From positions 1,178,001 to 1,242,000 of the forward strand of contig JANJGN010000071.1 of the NCBI GenBank assembly GCA_026770705.1: a DNA stretch of 64,000 nucleotides, written 5' to 3'. The number at the start of each line of letters is the position of its first letter. Positions within the stretch are counted from its first letter, which is position 1. Both the position numbers and the translations under genes were made by a program. Positions 1 to 12,183 of the stretch are shown piece by piece. The notes under the pieces were generated by a model. The model ran no database searches. It had not been told where the DNA came from and saw only the letters and a list, made by a program, of their open reading frames with translations. The DNA comes from Isurus oxyrinchus. Lineage: Eukaryota.

Positions 1-478
1 AGTGAGAACAGGATGTAAGCTTTTCATCAGCAGGAATTCTCTTACTAAACCTCTCCACCTCTCTCTTACTCTCAGATTCACAAAAAATTCACAGAATCAG
101 ATAAAGAGGAGTTGGGACTAGTTATTCGTCAACGGGTTAGGATTCAGGTAGCTCCTTGAAGGGAGAGAGAGAGTTGGAGAAGCAGAGAGTATCTATGAGT
201 GCCTCTATGCATCTGAGTGTTTGTATGAGTAATTTCCATATTCTTCTATAAATATGAATGGGAACACAAATCCCAGAATTCAGCCCACGCTCCAGTGTAG
301 TACTGAGGGAGGTCAGGTAACCCATGAGGGAGTCTTGTGCTAGTGTGTTTGTTTGTGAGTGTGTCTTTGTGTGTGGTCATATATGTGTGTCTGCACGTGT
401 CTATTTAGGTCTGTACGTTTGAGGGTGTTTGTGTAGTATTCGAATCTGAGAGAGATGTTGATGTCTGTGTACACTCAC

Positions 479-2270
479 ATTCCACAGTAATGGTTATGAA
501 CCCCTCCACTGCTCCATGTTCATTCTCTGCCACACACTGATAGTCGCCAGTGTCCCTGGATGTAACGTGAGGAATCACCAACCACAGCTCATTGTTGGAA
601 CTTCTTCTGTTCATTGGGACATTAAGATGTCAAGGAGGGAATCAAGAACCCCGTATGCACAATTACCAACAGAAAGTGAACAACAATTTATACTTAATGG
701 GAAGACAGTGCTGATTGGTTGGCAAGTGGTCTCTGATAGGTGGAGGTGTTGCCGTGGAGAATGGTGTGTGCGAGATGTAAAGTTTAGACAGCTTGTCTCT
801 TCATTCAGCAATAATCAAATAAAGATCAATTAACTTCTATCGACTGTGAAGCATTTTGAGAGGCCTTAGAATGTGGATACTGAGAATGAGCTGCACTGTC
901 AGAGGGTCAGCGCTGAGGGAGTGCTGATGTAGAATGAAAGATGTCGGTACAGTTAATGCTTTTCATCATTGATATTAAAGTGATTTTTAGAGGGTGCTTT
1001 AGGACTGAACTGGAAGCTATCACCAGGTTATTGAGAATCAGACAGTGTGTTATAATAAGCTGTGTTTTGTGTTATTATGTAAACGTCACAGTTTGTGTTA
1101 TTTCCCATTGAGTGTTGGATGTGAATTGTTGAGTAATTATAACACAGCACTTACCAGAAACGTGAAGCTGGGTTACAGGATAGTAGCTGTAACTATTCCT
1201 GCTGTCAAACTCTATTCTGAAAAAATAAGGTCCTGCATCTTCCCGTCTGATGTTGTTTATAATCAGGGAACAGTCGCCATCTTTCAGGTCTCCAGACAGC
1301 CGGGTACGATGGCGGAATCTTTGATCCCTGTGATTGTGACCCTCGGAGTGAAAGGCTATAGACCATTTAGGCTGTGGGTTCCCATCTATTCCTTTCAACC
1401 AGATTCTGCACGTGATCTCCCTACGAAATTTGATAAGTAACTGTAATGACATGGAATCTGTACACATGAACCTTCCTGTGCTGTCACCTCTCATGGAGTG
1501 TCACCTTTCCACTCTTGTGACAGTCCAACTGGGGAGAGAAATATCAATATTTGACTCTGGATGGTTTGTAGATCCACTAGACTCGATATCCACCCCCTCC
1601 ATCACTGGGGCACAGTGGCTGCAGTGTGGACCATCTACAGGACACACAAGGAACTCCCCAAGGTTTCACAACAGATAGAAGAGAATCCTGGACACAGGAG
1701 TGGACAAGTTCATTCTACATTGGCTCATGGTCCTCAGGACCCTGTTTAGTGAAGCCAGTCTTCCATCCAACACAGTGTCTACAAGATACACAGGGAAACT
1801 GTGTAAATATCTCATCTCTCAACACTGAATGGGCTGAGCTTCAGTTTAACTTTCAGTATTTTTAAATTTCCATACTGTGGTTGCTATGGTGAAACTGTGC
1901 AGGAAGTGTGAGGGCTGGACTCTCTGTCTATTCTCACTGCAGCTGTGATGTGGTCGTGGTGATTCTCAGTAAAATGAAACCCTCTGATCTCCTCCATCGC
2001 CGAGGTTTAGGGAGTGAATTCCAGAGCTCAGGTCCCAGGCAGCTGTAGGCACGGCCGCCAGTATTGGAGTGATGGGAATTGGGGGATGGTCAAGAGGCCA
2101 GAATTGGAGTAACACAGAGATCTGGGAAGATGATTGGTTGCGTTGCAGGAGGTTACAGAGATAAAGAGATAAGAATGATCTTTTACAAAGACTGTTAAAT
2201 ATAAATCTGTCCAAGCTGACGATGATATTACCGTGGAGAAGTGACAAGAGGAAGTAGATTTCCCGATCAT
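479..2270 (-). pseudogene. Siglec-like pseudogene A (leader + V-set + half of a C2-set exon; continues left of window)
   Basis: Leader 2270-2232 is 39 nt vs 40 nt in genes B/C (1-nt deletion). V exon 1528-1155 has CGA>TGA (..DTP*EV..) and is 374 nt (frameshift), but keeps DGDCSLII..DAGPYFFRIE. C2 remnant 632-479 (..DTGDYQCVAENEHGAVEGFITITVE|gtgagt) has lost its 5' half. Confidence 0.9.
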
Positions 2271-2714
2271 TGTCCACTCCCAGATATTCCATCCACTTCT
2301 CACTCTCAAGCTGTGAAAGAGAAAGGAGTTAATGAGACCTCACCTCTTGTCCAGCACCTTTCGAGAGATCAGAACTGCTTTTAGACAATGTCTTCACAGA
2401 CTAATTTGATTCTCTGTGGGATGATAGGTGCTCTGCAGAGAGTTACAAGGCTTTAAGAAAGACAAACAATGAAGGATTTGCATTTCTATAGCACCTTTCA
2501 CCACCTCAGGGCATCCCAAAGCTCATGTCTCTGCACTTCCCTCATCCCTTGAGCTAGAAAGATGTTCTGTACAACAGACTTGAGCCTCACACCCAGATCT
2601 CAATAATCAGTAGAAATCTTTCAAAGGCATCAGTCATTGGAATCTGTCTTTATAAAGTCACAACATCAACAAAGGACGGTGTTGGTGGTGGAAGTGAATT
2701 CCAATCGTTCCGTT

Positions 2715-2915
2715 ACTTACCCAGTACCTGTCCGACTGCTCGTCTGGGGAGGAACTGCCCACACGCTCTGCTTGGGCTGAATGACCTCTTCCTGTGCTGC
2801 TCCCTCTGTGTATTTAATGAGAAAGGGTTGATGTGTCTCTGTGAGTCAAAATGAGGAAGTTGGATCAAAGTGACAGACCAGCTCATGTTTTGAGATGTTG
2901 GTGAACTGTTAACCC
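2715..2915 (-). promoter_or_regulatory. Promoter + non-coding exon 1 cassette of gene A
   Basis: Near-identical to 20520-20693 and 52790-52964. Contains the ETS/PU.1-type AAATGAGGAAGT (2849-2860), TGAGTCA, TAAATA and a GTAAGT donor at 2720. Confidence 0.7.
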
Positions 2916-3354
2916 TTTGTGTCCTGACCCTGTGTTGATATTTCTGCTCACAGGTGGACAGTCATTGACCAGGAGTTTCTCCTGTGGGTCAGTGGGTTTC
3001 ACAGCCAAATTCAGGGGGTCAGAATGTTGTGGGATTCAAGACCCCATTCAGGGGACGTCTGCCCCACAGAGTAGACTGAAACTGCCCAGTGTCAGTCCTG
3101 AGGGAGTGCTGCACTGTCGGATGGTCATTACTGCACTATTGTAAGGTCAGTACTGAGGGAGATCTCCACTGTTTGAGGGTGAGTACTGAGGGAGTGCTGC
3201 ACTGTCAGAGGGACATTAATCAGGGAGTGCTGCAATGTTGGAGGATCAGTACTGAGGGAGTGCCGCACTGTTGAAGGGTCAGTATTAAGGTGCTGATTTA
3301 CAAGACAGGACAATGGATTAGGAGACCTCAGAACTCCCCCCTTGATTTCCAATC

Positions 3355-3575
3355 ATTCCGTTACTTACCCCGGACCTGTCCGACTGCTCGCCTGGGGAGG
3401 AACTGCCCACACGCTCTGCTTGGGCTGAATGAACTCTTCCTGTGCTGCTCCCTATTTGTGTTTAATTAAAAAGGGTGGATGTGTCACTGTGAGACAAAAT
3501 GAGGAAGTGCTTGGTACCAAGTGAGAAAGCAGCTCTTTGCCTCGCACTGTTAGAAAACTGTTAACCCTTTGCGTG
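3355..3575 (-). promoter_or_regulatory. Second tandem copy of the promoter/exon 1 cassette upstream of gene A
   Basis: Same exon 1 sequence, GTAAGT donor and AAATGAGGAAGTG motif. Confidence 0.65.
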
Positions 3576-3619
3576 CCAAGAATGTTTTTGAAGGGCCATT
3601 GACTGTTCACATGCAACAA

Positions 3620-5345
3620 GCTCGAGGGGTTGACTGGGCCTCCTCCTGTTCCTGTGTAACAGGCACGAGGAGGGTGAATAGGCCTCCTCCTGTTTCTGTG
3701 TAACAGGCTCATGGGGCACAATGGGTCTCCTCCTGTTTCTGTGTAACAAGCTTGAGGGGCTGAATGGGCCTCCTCCTGCTCCTGTGTAACAGGCTCGAGG
3801 GGCTGAATGGGCCTCCTCCTGTTCCTGTGTAAAAGGCTCGAGGGGCTGAATGGGCCTCCTCCTGTTCCTGTGTAAAAGGCTCGAGGGGCTGAATGGGCCT
3901 CCTCCTGTTCCTGTGTAACAGGCTCATGGGGGCTGAATGGCCTCCTTCTCTCACTGTGTACCAGGCTCATGGGGCTGAGTGGGCCTCCTCCTGTTCCTGT
4001 GTAAAAGGCTAAAGGGGCTGAATTGGCCTTCCCCAGTTCCTGTGTACCAGGCTCGAGTACATTAGGAGCACCATTGGGAGCAGCATTTCACTTGCACTTC
4101 CCTCAATTTAATCTACTGCCTTCACTGCTCCCAATGTGGTCTCCTCTACATGGGACAGACCAAACACAGACTGGGTGATCGCTCTGATGAACACCTTCGG
4201 TCTGTCCACAAGCATGACCCAGACCTCCCTGTCGCTTGCCATTTTAACACCCCACCCTGCTCTCATGCCCACATGTCCGTCCTTGGCCTGCTGCATTGTT
4301 CCAGTGAAACCCAACACAAACTGGAGGAACAGCACCTCATCTTCCGACCTGGCACTTTACAGCCTTCCGGACTGAATATTGAGTTCAACAATTTCAGATC
4401 ATGAACTCTCTCCTCCATCCCCACCCCCTTTCCAATCTCCCTTTTCCAATAATTGATCATTTTTAATATTTATTTTATTGATATATTTTTCTTTTCCCAC
4501 CTATTTCCATTATTTTTAAATGTTTTACATCTGTTGTTGTATCTCTACCTTTTAGCCTATTTCAATCCTTTTCCCCCACCCCACCCCCACTAGGACTATC
4601 TGTCTCTTGCTCGTCCTGCTTTCTACCCTTAATGTCCCCATTAGCACATTCCTCAGATAATATCACCACCGTCAACACCCCTTTGTCCTTTTGTCTATCA
4701 CATCTTTGGCAACCTCTTCTTTACCTCCACCTATCACTGGCCCACAATCCAGCTCTACCTGCCCCACCCCCCTCTACCAGCTAAAACGTCACCTCATTTC
4801 TCGATTCCCTTAGTTCTGATGAAGAGTCATACAGACCCAAAACGTCAAGTGTGTTCCTCTCCGCAGATCCTGTCAGACCTGCTGAGTTTTTCCAGCTATT
4901 TTTGTTTTTGTTCCCGTTCATGTGGAACAGGCTTGAGTGGCTGAATGGAGCCCCTAATGTTCCTGTGTAACAAGCTTGTGGAGGCTGAATGGGTCTCCTG
5001 TACCTGTGTAACAGGCTCAAGGGGACAGAATGGGCCTCCTCCTGTTCCTGTGTAACAGGCTCGAGGAGGGTGAATGGGCCTCCTCCTGTTCCTGTGTAAC
5101 ACGTTCAAGGGGACAGAATGGGCCTCCTCCTGTTCCTCTGTAAAAGACTCGAGGAGGGTGAATGGGCCTCCTCCTGTTCCTGTGTAACAGGCTCGAGGAG
5201 GGTGAATAGGCCTCCTCCTGTTCCTGTGTAACAGGTTCAAGGGGACAGAATGGGCCTCCTCCTGTTCCTGTGTAACAGGCTTAAGGGAACAGAATGGGCC
5301 TCCTCCTGTTCCTGTGTAACAGGCTCGAGGAGCTGAATGTCCTCC
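3620..5345. repeat. 43-bp minisatellite (AGGCTCGAGGGGCTGAATGGGCCTCCTCCTGTTCCTGTGTAAC), split by a Penelope insertion
   Basis: Tandem units at about 3620-4060 and 4920-5345. Confidence 0.9.
4065..4912 (+). mobile_element. Penelope-like element 3' fragment (GIY-YIG endonuclease C-terminal part + tail)
   Basis: Translates as ..CSQCGLLYMGQTKHRLGDRSDEHLRSV..HFN..KLEEQHLIFR..GLNIEF, typical of Penelope GIY-YIG domains. Confidence 0.8.
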
Positions 5346-6677
5346 TCTCATTAAAAATAAATACTGCAGATGCTGTAAATCTGAAATAAACACAGAAAAT
5401 GCTGCATTAACTCAGCAGGTCTGGCAGCAGCTGTGGAGAGAGAAACAGAGTTTTTGCTTTGAGACTCTGAAGAAGGGTCATACGGACTCGAAATGTTAAT
5501 TCTGTTTATCTCTGCACAGATGCTGCCAGACCTACTCAGTTTCTCCAGGATTTTCTGTTTTTATTTCAGGTGCTCTCTTGTTCCTGTGTAGCACGCTCAA
5601 GGGGGCCTCCTCCTGTTCCGATTCAATGGGCAGTCAAAGCATGTGCCTGATTTTGGACCGCGAACCCAAATCTGTCCTCAGGGCATTGATAGAGGAAGTG
5701 ACCAGTTACAGATCAATGCAAGAGGATTATTTATTTTCCCAATCTTTGAATCAAGTATCTCATCAAACACAGAGCGGAAACAGGATCGAAGATGTTGGTC
5801 TCTGTAATCTGTAACACATCGCAAAGTCCACCCATCCACTCAGCCTTCAGGATGGATGCTAATTGTACTCTCCAAGTGTGAAGGACTAAAATGGTGGTTT
5901 ATTGCAGCTCTATTTCATTCTGTTATCAAAGCTGTCTCATCCATCCAATGACATATTGAAGAAGATAAACCTGCAACCAATTTTTCACATCATAGTTTCC
6001 AATGTTCATTGGCAACATCAATGTAAACATGTCATGCTGAAATGATGTCCTCCCACCAGTGGTGGCACTGTAGCACATCTGTTATCCTCTAAGCTGCAGA
6101 GAATTTCTCAACTCTCCAATCAAATTGTTTCCCTGTTTCCCAGATTCTTGTTTGTTTCGCTGTTTAACGATGAAGTGTAAAATCCAAAAATATATCTGAA
6201 AATACATTTGACTACAAAATGCTGAGTAAATTTTGCCAATCTCCTCTGCTCCAATTATCCACCGATCCTGCATTTCCTGAAGTCTACACTGGCTGATGAA
6301 TATTCTGTAAACACTGACAGACAGAAAGGTGAATAACAGAATGAAAATTAACTCATAATCACGGACACGGGATTGAATTTGTCCGTTCTGTCCTGGTACA
6401 TCATCGAACGATATCTAAAGACATTTACAATCAGAATGGAGAGAAGGATGTTTCCAACAGGGAGGGACAATTCTGAAGGAGGATGTTCGAATTGAAACCC
6501 ACAGACAATCATCCTGGATAGATCATTCCGAAGAAATTCCATCAGATTGTAACAAGAGGTTTAAATCTATTTCCTGGGAGTGAGTTCCTGTGGATATTAG
6601 GAAGGTAAATTGGAGTTTTGAATGATTCTCCCGTTCTGTATTCTCCCCACACTGTGTGTGTCTCATTCTTGCTCAGT

Positions 6678-6794
6678 TTATAAATTCCCATAAACAGAAT
6701 CCTTGGCAAAATCACAGTTTGCGTAAAGATCATCATCTGTATCAGGATTGACTCCGCGGTTAGATTTCATTTCCAGATCCTTCTCATCTTTCTT
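6678..6794 (-). CDS. Gene D terminal cytoplasmic exon KKDEKDLEMKSNRGVNPDTDDDLYANCDFAKDSVYGNL*
   Basis: Acceptor tttctgtttctattacag; phase 0, 39 codons. Carries LYAN and an ITIM-like SVYGNL. Not in the ORF track. Confidence 0.75.
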   Translation of the reverse strand, partial: KKDEKDLEMKSNRGVNPDTDDDLYANCDFAKDSVYGNL

Positions 6795-6894
6795 CTGTAA
6801 TAGAAACAGAAATGATCAGAGTGAAAATCAGAGTGATCAGTGTTTAGTATTATTGATCCAAATCAAAAAATTCCATCCACAGTAGATACATTAA

Positions 6895-8470
6895 TTATTG
6901 ATACTGAACGGGGTTTGATTATTGATTCTGAACGGGGTTTGATTTTTAATTCTGAACGGGGTTTGATTATTGATAATGAAAAGGGTTTGATTATTTATTC
7001 TGAATGGGTTTTGATTATTGAATCTGAACGGAGTTTGATTATTGATCCTGAACGTAGTTTGATTATTGATACTGAACAGGGTTTGATTATTGATTCTGAA
7101 CGGGGTTTGATTATTGATACTGAATGGGGTTTGATTATTGATACTGAACGGGGTTAGATTATTGATACTGAACGGGGTTTGATTTTTAATACTGAACGGG
7201 GTTAGATTATTGATACTGAACGGGGTTTGATTTTTAATTCTGAACGGGGTTTGATTATTGATTCTGAACGGGATTAGATTATTGATACTGAACAGGTTTG
7301 ATTTTTAATTCTGAACAGGGTTTGATTATTGATACTGAACGGGGTTTGATTATTGATACTGAATGGGGTTTGATTATTGATTCTGAAAGGGTTTTGATTA
7401 TTGAATCTGAACGGGGTTTGATTATTGATCCTGAACGAAGTTAGATTATTGATATTGAACGGGGTTTGATTATTGATATTGAACGGGGTTTGATTATTGA
7501 TTCTGAACGGTGTTTGATTATTGATCCTGAACGGAGTTTGATTATTGATACTGAATGGGGTTTGATTATTGATTCTGAACAGTGTTTGATTATTGATTCT
7601 GAACGGGGTTTGATTATTGATACTGAACGGTGTTTGATTCTTGATTCTGAACTGGGTTTTGATTATTGATTCTGAAAGGGGTTTGATTATTGATTCTGAA
7701 TGGGGTTTGATTATTGATACTAAACGGGGTTGGATTATTGATACTGAACGGGGTTTGATTATGTATACTGAACGGGGTTTGATTATTGATTCTGAACGCG
7801 GTTTGATTATTGATACTGAGCGGGGTTTGATTATTAATTCTGAACGGGGTTTGTTTATTGATACTGAACGGGGATTGATTATTGATTCTGAAAGGGGTTT
7901 GATTATTGATACTAAACGGGGTTGGTTTATTGATACTGAACGGGGTTTGATTATGTATACTGAACGGGGATTGATTATTGATTCTGTACGCGGTTTGATT
8001 ATTGATTCTGAACGGGGTTTGATTATTAATTCTGAACTGGGTTTGTTTATTGATACTGAACGGGGATTGATTATTGATTCTGAAAGGGGTTTGATTATTA
8101 ATTCTGAACAGGGTTTGATTATTGATACTGAACGTGGTTTGTTTATTGATACTGAACGGGGATTGATTATTGATTCTGAAAGGGGTTTGATTATTAATTC
8201 TGAACGGGGTTTGATTATTGATACTGATCGGGGTTTGATTATTGATTCTGAACGGGTTTTATTATTGTTACTGAACGGAGTTTGGTTATTGATACTGAAC
8301 GGGGTTTGATTATTGATTCTGAACGGGGTGTGTTATTGATTCTGAACGTGGTTTGATTATTGATTCTGAATGGGGTTTGATTATTGACACTGAACGAGGT
8401 TTGATTATTGATTCTGAACGGGGTTTGATTATTGATTCTGAACGGGGTTTGATTATTGATTCTGAACGGT
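6895..8470. repeat. 24-bp minisatellite (GATTATTGATACTGAACGGGGTTT)n, about 65 units
   Basis: Direct tandem array; source of the LIIDTERG repeat ORFs. Lies in the last intron of gene D. Confidence 0.95.
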
Positions 8471-8602
8471 GTTGGGTGTGAGTTTGGTTGGGTTTGGGAG
8501 TGACTGTATAAAACATTGCAGATACAGGACTGGAGCAGCCATATCAATAACCAGGCTACTGGAGCAGCTGAGAGGCTGGGGATCCTGTGGTGTGTGACTC
8601 AC

Positions 8603-8708
8603 CTGATTCCTCAAAGCCCAACCACGCTCACAGTTTTCATAAACAGGACCTCGATATTCATCAACACGGTGGTTCGATTTGATTCCTGCTTTCCCCTCAC
8701 CTCTCTTC
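8603..8708 (-). CDS. Gene D cytoplasmic exon 1 KRGEGKAGIKSNHRVDEYRGPVYENCERGWALRNQ
   Basis: 106 nt, phase 2 to 0, exactly bridging the TM and terminal exons. Donor is CAG|gtgagt; acceptor reads tttcg|G instead of AG. Confidence 0.6.
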
Positions 8709-8779
8709 CGAAATAGAGATGGAAATGGACAGAATGACAATCAACATGATGTGTATTCGGTGTTGGGTTTGATTATTGG

Positions 8780-9050
8780 GGAGAGAGTTCCAGATTTCCA
8801 CTCCCCTTTGTGTGAAGAAGTGCTTCCTGACATCACCCCTGAACGGCCTGGCTCCAATCTGAAGTTCCAGCCCCCTTGTTCTGGACTCCACCCGACCCCC
8901 ACCACCCACCCCCACCCGAGGGAATAGCTTCTCTCTATCGACCCTATCGAGTGTTTAATCAGTTTGAACCCCTCAATTAGATCCCTCCTAAATCTTCTAG
9001 ACCTGAGGGAATATAATCGTAGACTGTGTGTAACCTGTCTGCATAATTTA
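8780..9050 (-). mobile_element. CR1-type LINE 3' fragment
   Basis: Translates RLYSL..RRFRRDLIEGFK and RKHFFTQRGVEIWNSLP. Confidence 0.7.
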
Positions 9051-9054
9051 ACCA

Positions 9055-9460
9055 GAAAGATGTTCTGTACAACAGACTTGAGCCTCACACCCAGATCTCA
9101 ATAATCAGTAGAAATCTTTCAAAGGCATCAATCATTGGAATCTGTCTTTATAAAGTCACAACATCAACAAAGGACGGTGTTGGTGGTGGAAGTGAATTCC
9201 AATCGTTCCGTTACTTACCCAGTACCTGTCCGACTGCTCGCCTGGGGAGGAACTGCCCACACGCTCTGCTTGGGCTGAATGACCTCTTCCTGTGCTGCTC
9301 CCTCTGTGTATTTAATGAGAAAGGGTGGATGTCTTTCTGTGAGTCAAATCAGGAATTGGGGAACAATTGTGAAAACCCTTTCATTGAAACGTAGGGCCTT
9401 AGTATTGTGTTGTAAGCAAACTGTTAACCCTTTGTGTCCTGACTCTGTGACGTGATTCCT
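9055..9460 (-). promoter_or_regulatory. Promoter/exon 1/intron 1 cassette copy inside a gene D intron
   Basis: Near-identical to 2557-2930. GTAAGT donor at 9218; ETS site degenerate. Confidence 0.7.
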
Positions 9461-10059
9461 GTGTAAAGCTGAGCAGTCGTTGAGCGAGTTTCAATTCACT
9501 GCTCGCTCCAGGTGTTGAGGTGGATCTTCTGAAGGAGCAGATGTTGCTCAGCGCTCCTTAAAAATGTGAGAGACTGAACAACGTGTAAGAGGACGAGAGA
9601 AAGAATGAGAAGGAGAGCATTAGTGGAGATTGAAGAGAGAGTGAATGAGAGCGAGAATGAGAAGGATAGCATTAGTGGAGATTGGAGAGAGAGTGAATGA
9701 GAGAGAGAATGAGTAGGAGAGCATTAGTGGAGATAAGAGAGAGTGAATGAAACATGGAAAAAGGAAAGAGATTGTATTCACTAACAAAAGGAAGGTTTTC
9801 ATTTATATAGCACCTTTCACATCCTCAGTAGGTCACAAGGTATCTTATGGTCCGGGTCAACACTGCCAGTTACAGGACTGAGTTGTGAAACAGTGAGTGT
9901 TGGATGAGATGTTAAACAGTAGGTGAACATCAAAACTCTTCAGGGGCTGTGAAGGGTTTTGGATTGTAAAAGGTGCTATAGAAATGCAAGTTCTTTCTAT
10001 AAGGAGAGAAGGTTGAAGAAAACATTTTCGAAAACAACCAATTAAACCTTCACACTTAC

Positions 10060-10156
10060 TTTCTCACACACTTGAAGATGAAGAATCCACTCAGTCCAAC
10101 ACTCAAACAGATTCCAGCTCCAAACAATCCTGCTTTCCATTCATTGGAATCTCGCC
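10060..10156 (-). CDS. Gene D transmembrane exon RDSNEWKAGLFGAGICLSVGLSGFFIFKCVRK
   Basis: 97 nt, ttttacag acceptor and gtaagt donor; same length as and homologous to the TM exons of B and C. Confidence 0.85.
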
Positions 10157-10384
10157 CTGTAAAATCAGCCAATGAATGACTCCGGTACAGTTTGAGAATG
10201 GTTCCCTATGTACATGTAGTAATTCTGAACTTGTGAAGTGACATTGTCTATGCATGAAAGGTCTATACAAATAACATATATCTATGTAATATTTATTGAT
10301 AATATCCATGTACATGCAGGTTTCTATAAGGAGGATTCACATATAACAGGGGTGCCAAGCTGCTGAGGTGACACACAGGACTAC

Positions 10385-11395
10385 ATACACACCAAACAGC
10401 GGAAACAACATGCTATAGACAGAGCAAAGCGATCCCACAACCAACGGGTCAGATCTAAGCTCTGCAGTCCTGCCACATCCAGTCATGAATGGTGATGGAC
10501 AATTAAAGATCTAACAGGAGGAGGATGTTCCACAAATATCCCCATCCTTAATGATGGGGGAGCTCAGCACATCAGTGCAAACGACAAGGCTGAAGCATTG
10601 GCAACCATGTTCAGCCAGAAGTGCTGAGTGGATGCTCCATCTCGGCCTCCTCCAGAGGGTCCCAGCATCACAAATGTCAGCTTTCAGACAATTCGATTGA
10701 CTCCACGTGACATCAGGAATCAGCTGATGATACTGGATACAGCAAAGGCTATTGGCCCTGGCAACAACCCGGCAACAGGAAATAATGTGGTTACAAGAAC
10801 GGGTAAGAGGCTGGGAACTCTGCGGTGAGTAACTCACCTCCTGACTCTCCAAAGCCTGTCCACCATCGACAAGGCACAAGTCAGGATTGTGATGGAATAA
10901 TCTCCACTTGGCTGGATGAGTGCAGCTCCAACAACACTCAAGAAGCTCGACACCATCCAGGAGCAGCTTGTTTGATCGGCACCCCATCCACCAGCATAAA
11001 CATTCATACCCTCCACCACTGGCACACAATGGCAGCAGTGTATGCACCATCTACAAGATGCACTGCAGCAACTCACCAAAGCTTCTTCGACTGCACCTTC
11101 CAAACCCTTAACCTCTTCCACCAAGACAGTTCCAAGTCAGTGAGGTGTGTGACTTGGAAATCAACATGAGGTGGTGGTCTGCCCTGGGACTTGGAACTAT
11201 ATCGGCCGTTCCTTCACCGTCGTTGGGTCAAAATCCTGGAACTCCCTCCCTAACAGCACTGTTGGTGTGCCTACACCACATGGACTGCAGTGGTTAAAGA
11301 AGGCAGCTCACCACCACCTTCTCAAGGGGCAGTTACAGATGGGCAATAATTTCTGGCCTTGTCAACAATGCCCACATCCCATGAGCTAATAACAA
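10385..11395 (+). mobile_element. Degraded non-LTR retrotransposon (CR1/L2-clade) fragments
   Basis: Homologous to 29434-30500, including the GGGCAATAA..CCCACATCCCATGA tail. Confidence 0.75.
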
Positions 11396-11422
11396 GAGAA
11401 TGTAGAATTCTGTGTAACTCAC

Positions 11423-11704
11423 GTTCCACAGTGATGGTTATGAATCCCTCCACTGCTCCATGTTCATTCTCTGCCACACACTGATAGTCTCCAGTGTCCC
11501 TGGATGTAACGTGAGGAATCACCAACCACAGCTCATTGTTGGAACTTGTTCTGTTCATTGGGACATTAAGATGTCGCCACATCAGGTTAGAAGCTGGGAA
11601 GCTCTCGACAGAGCAGATTATCACTGTAGAATTCCCCTCAATTATATTGATCGATGAAGCGTTAATCATATCAAGAGAAGTAATTGAGAGGTTCTGTGGA
11701 GCAT
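11423..11704 (-). CDS. Gene D Ig C2-set exon (membrane-proximal)
   Basis: 282 nt, phase 1-1, open: APQNLSI..VIICSVESFPASNLMW..DTGDYQCVAENEHG. Confidence 0.88.
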
Positions 11705-12183
11705 CTAAAAACATATAAAGATTTTAGAGTGAGCAAGCACAATGCACATCAAGACTCCATGCATCATCTCTCCGTATCTGATGTCTGAATACAATTCCAG
11801 GCACCTTCCTCAGCATAAGTTCCTCTGTCACATTTATAATGGACACTGCCTATGTAAACTGTCACACTGCAGTTGCATTCCCCCACCAGTTGAGGTGCTA
11901 TCAATCTAGAATGAAAGAAACTTTCATTCACATCCTCAGGATTTCGCCAAGCCTTTACAGGCAATGAATTGTATTTGATTGATGGAGCACTGAGGGGTAA
12001 ATCTACAATTCACTGTTCAGGAGTTTGGTCATCCAATTCAGGGTCTTGTTGATCTGGAGTTTACCTTCGTTCCATCCAGAATTGGAGCTGACACCAAGAC
12101 TCCAGTGCAGTGAGTGCGTGTGGGAGTGCATTTATGTATATGTGTTCAAATCTGAGAGAGTTGTTGAAGTCTGTGTAACTCAC

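Noticed and set aside
2232-2292. Upstream ATG (MEYLGVDNDREIYFLLSLLH) restoring the frame of gene A's leader
   Set aside because: The V exon still has an early stop and a frameshift, so the gene is not rescued.
6895-8470. Regular short repeats resembling a CRISPR array or repeat protein
   Set aside because: Head-to-tail units without unique spacers; eukaryotic intron; frames broken by stops and indels.
10060-10156. Possible activating (DAP12-coupled) receptor
   Set aside because: No charged residue within the hydrophobic core of any TM exon; the lysines are at the edges.
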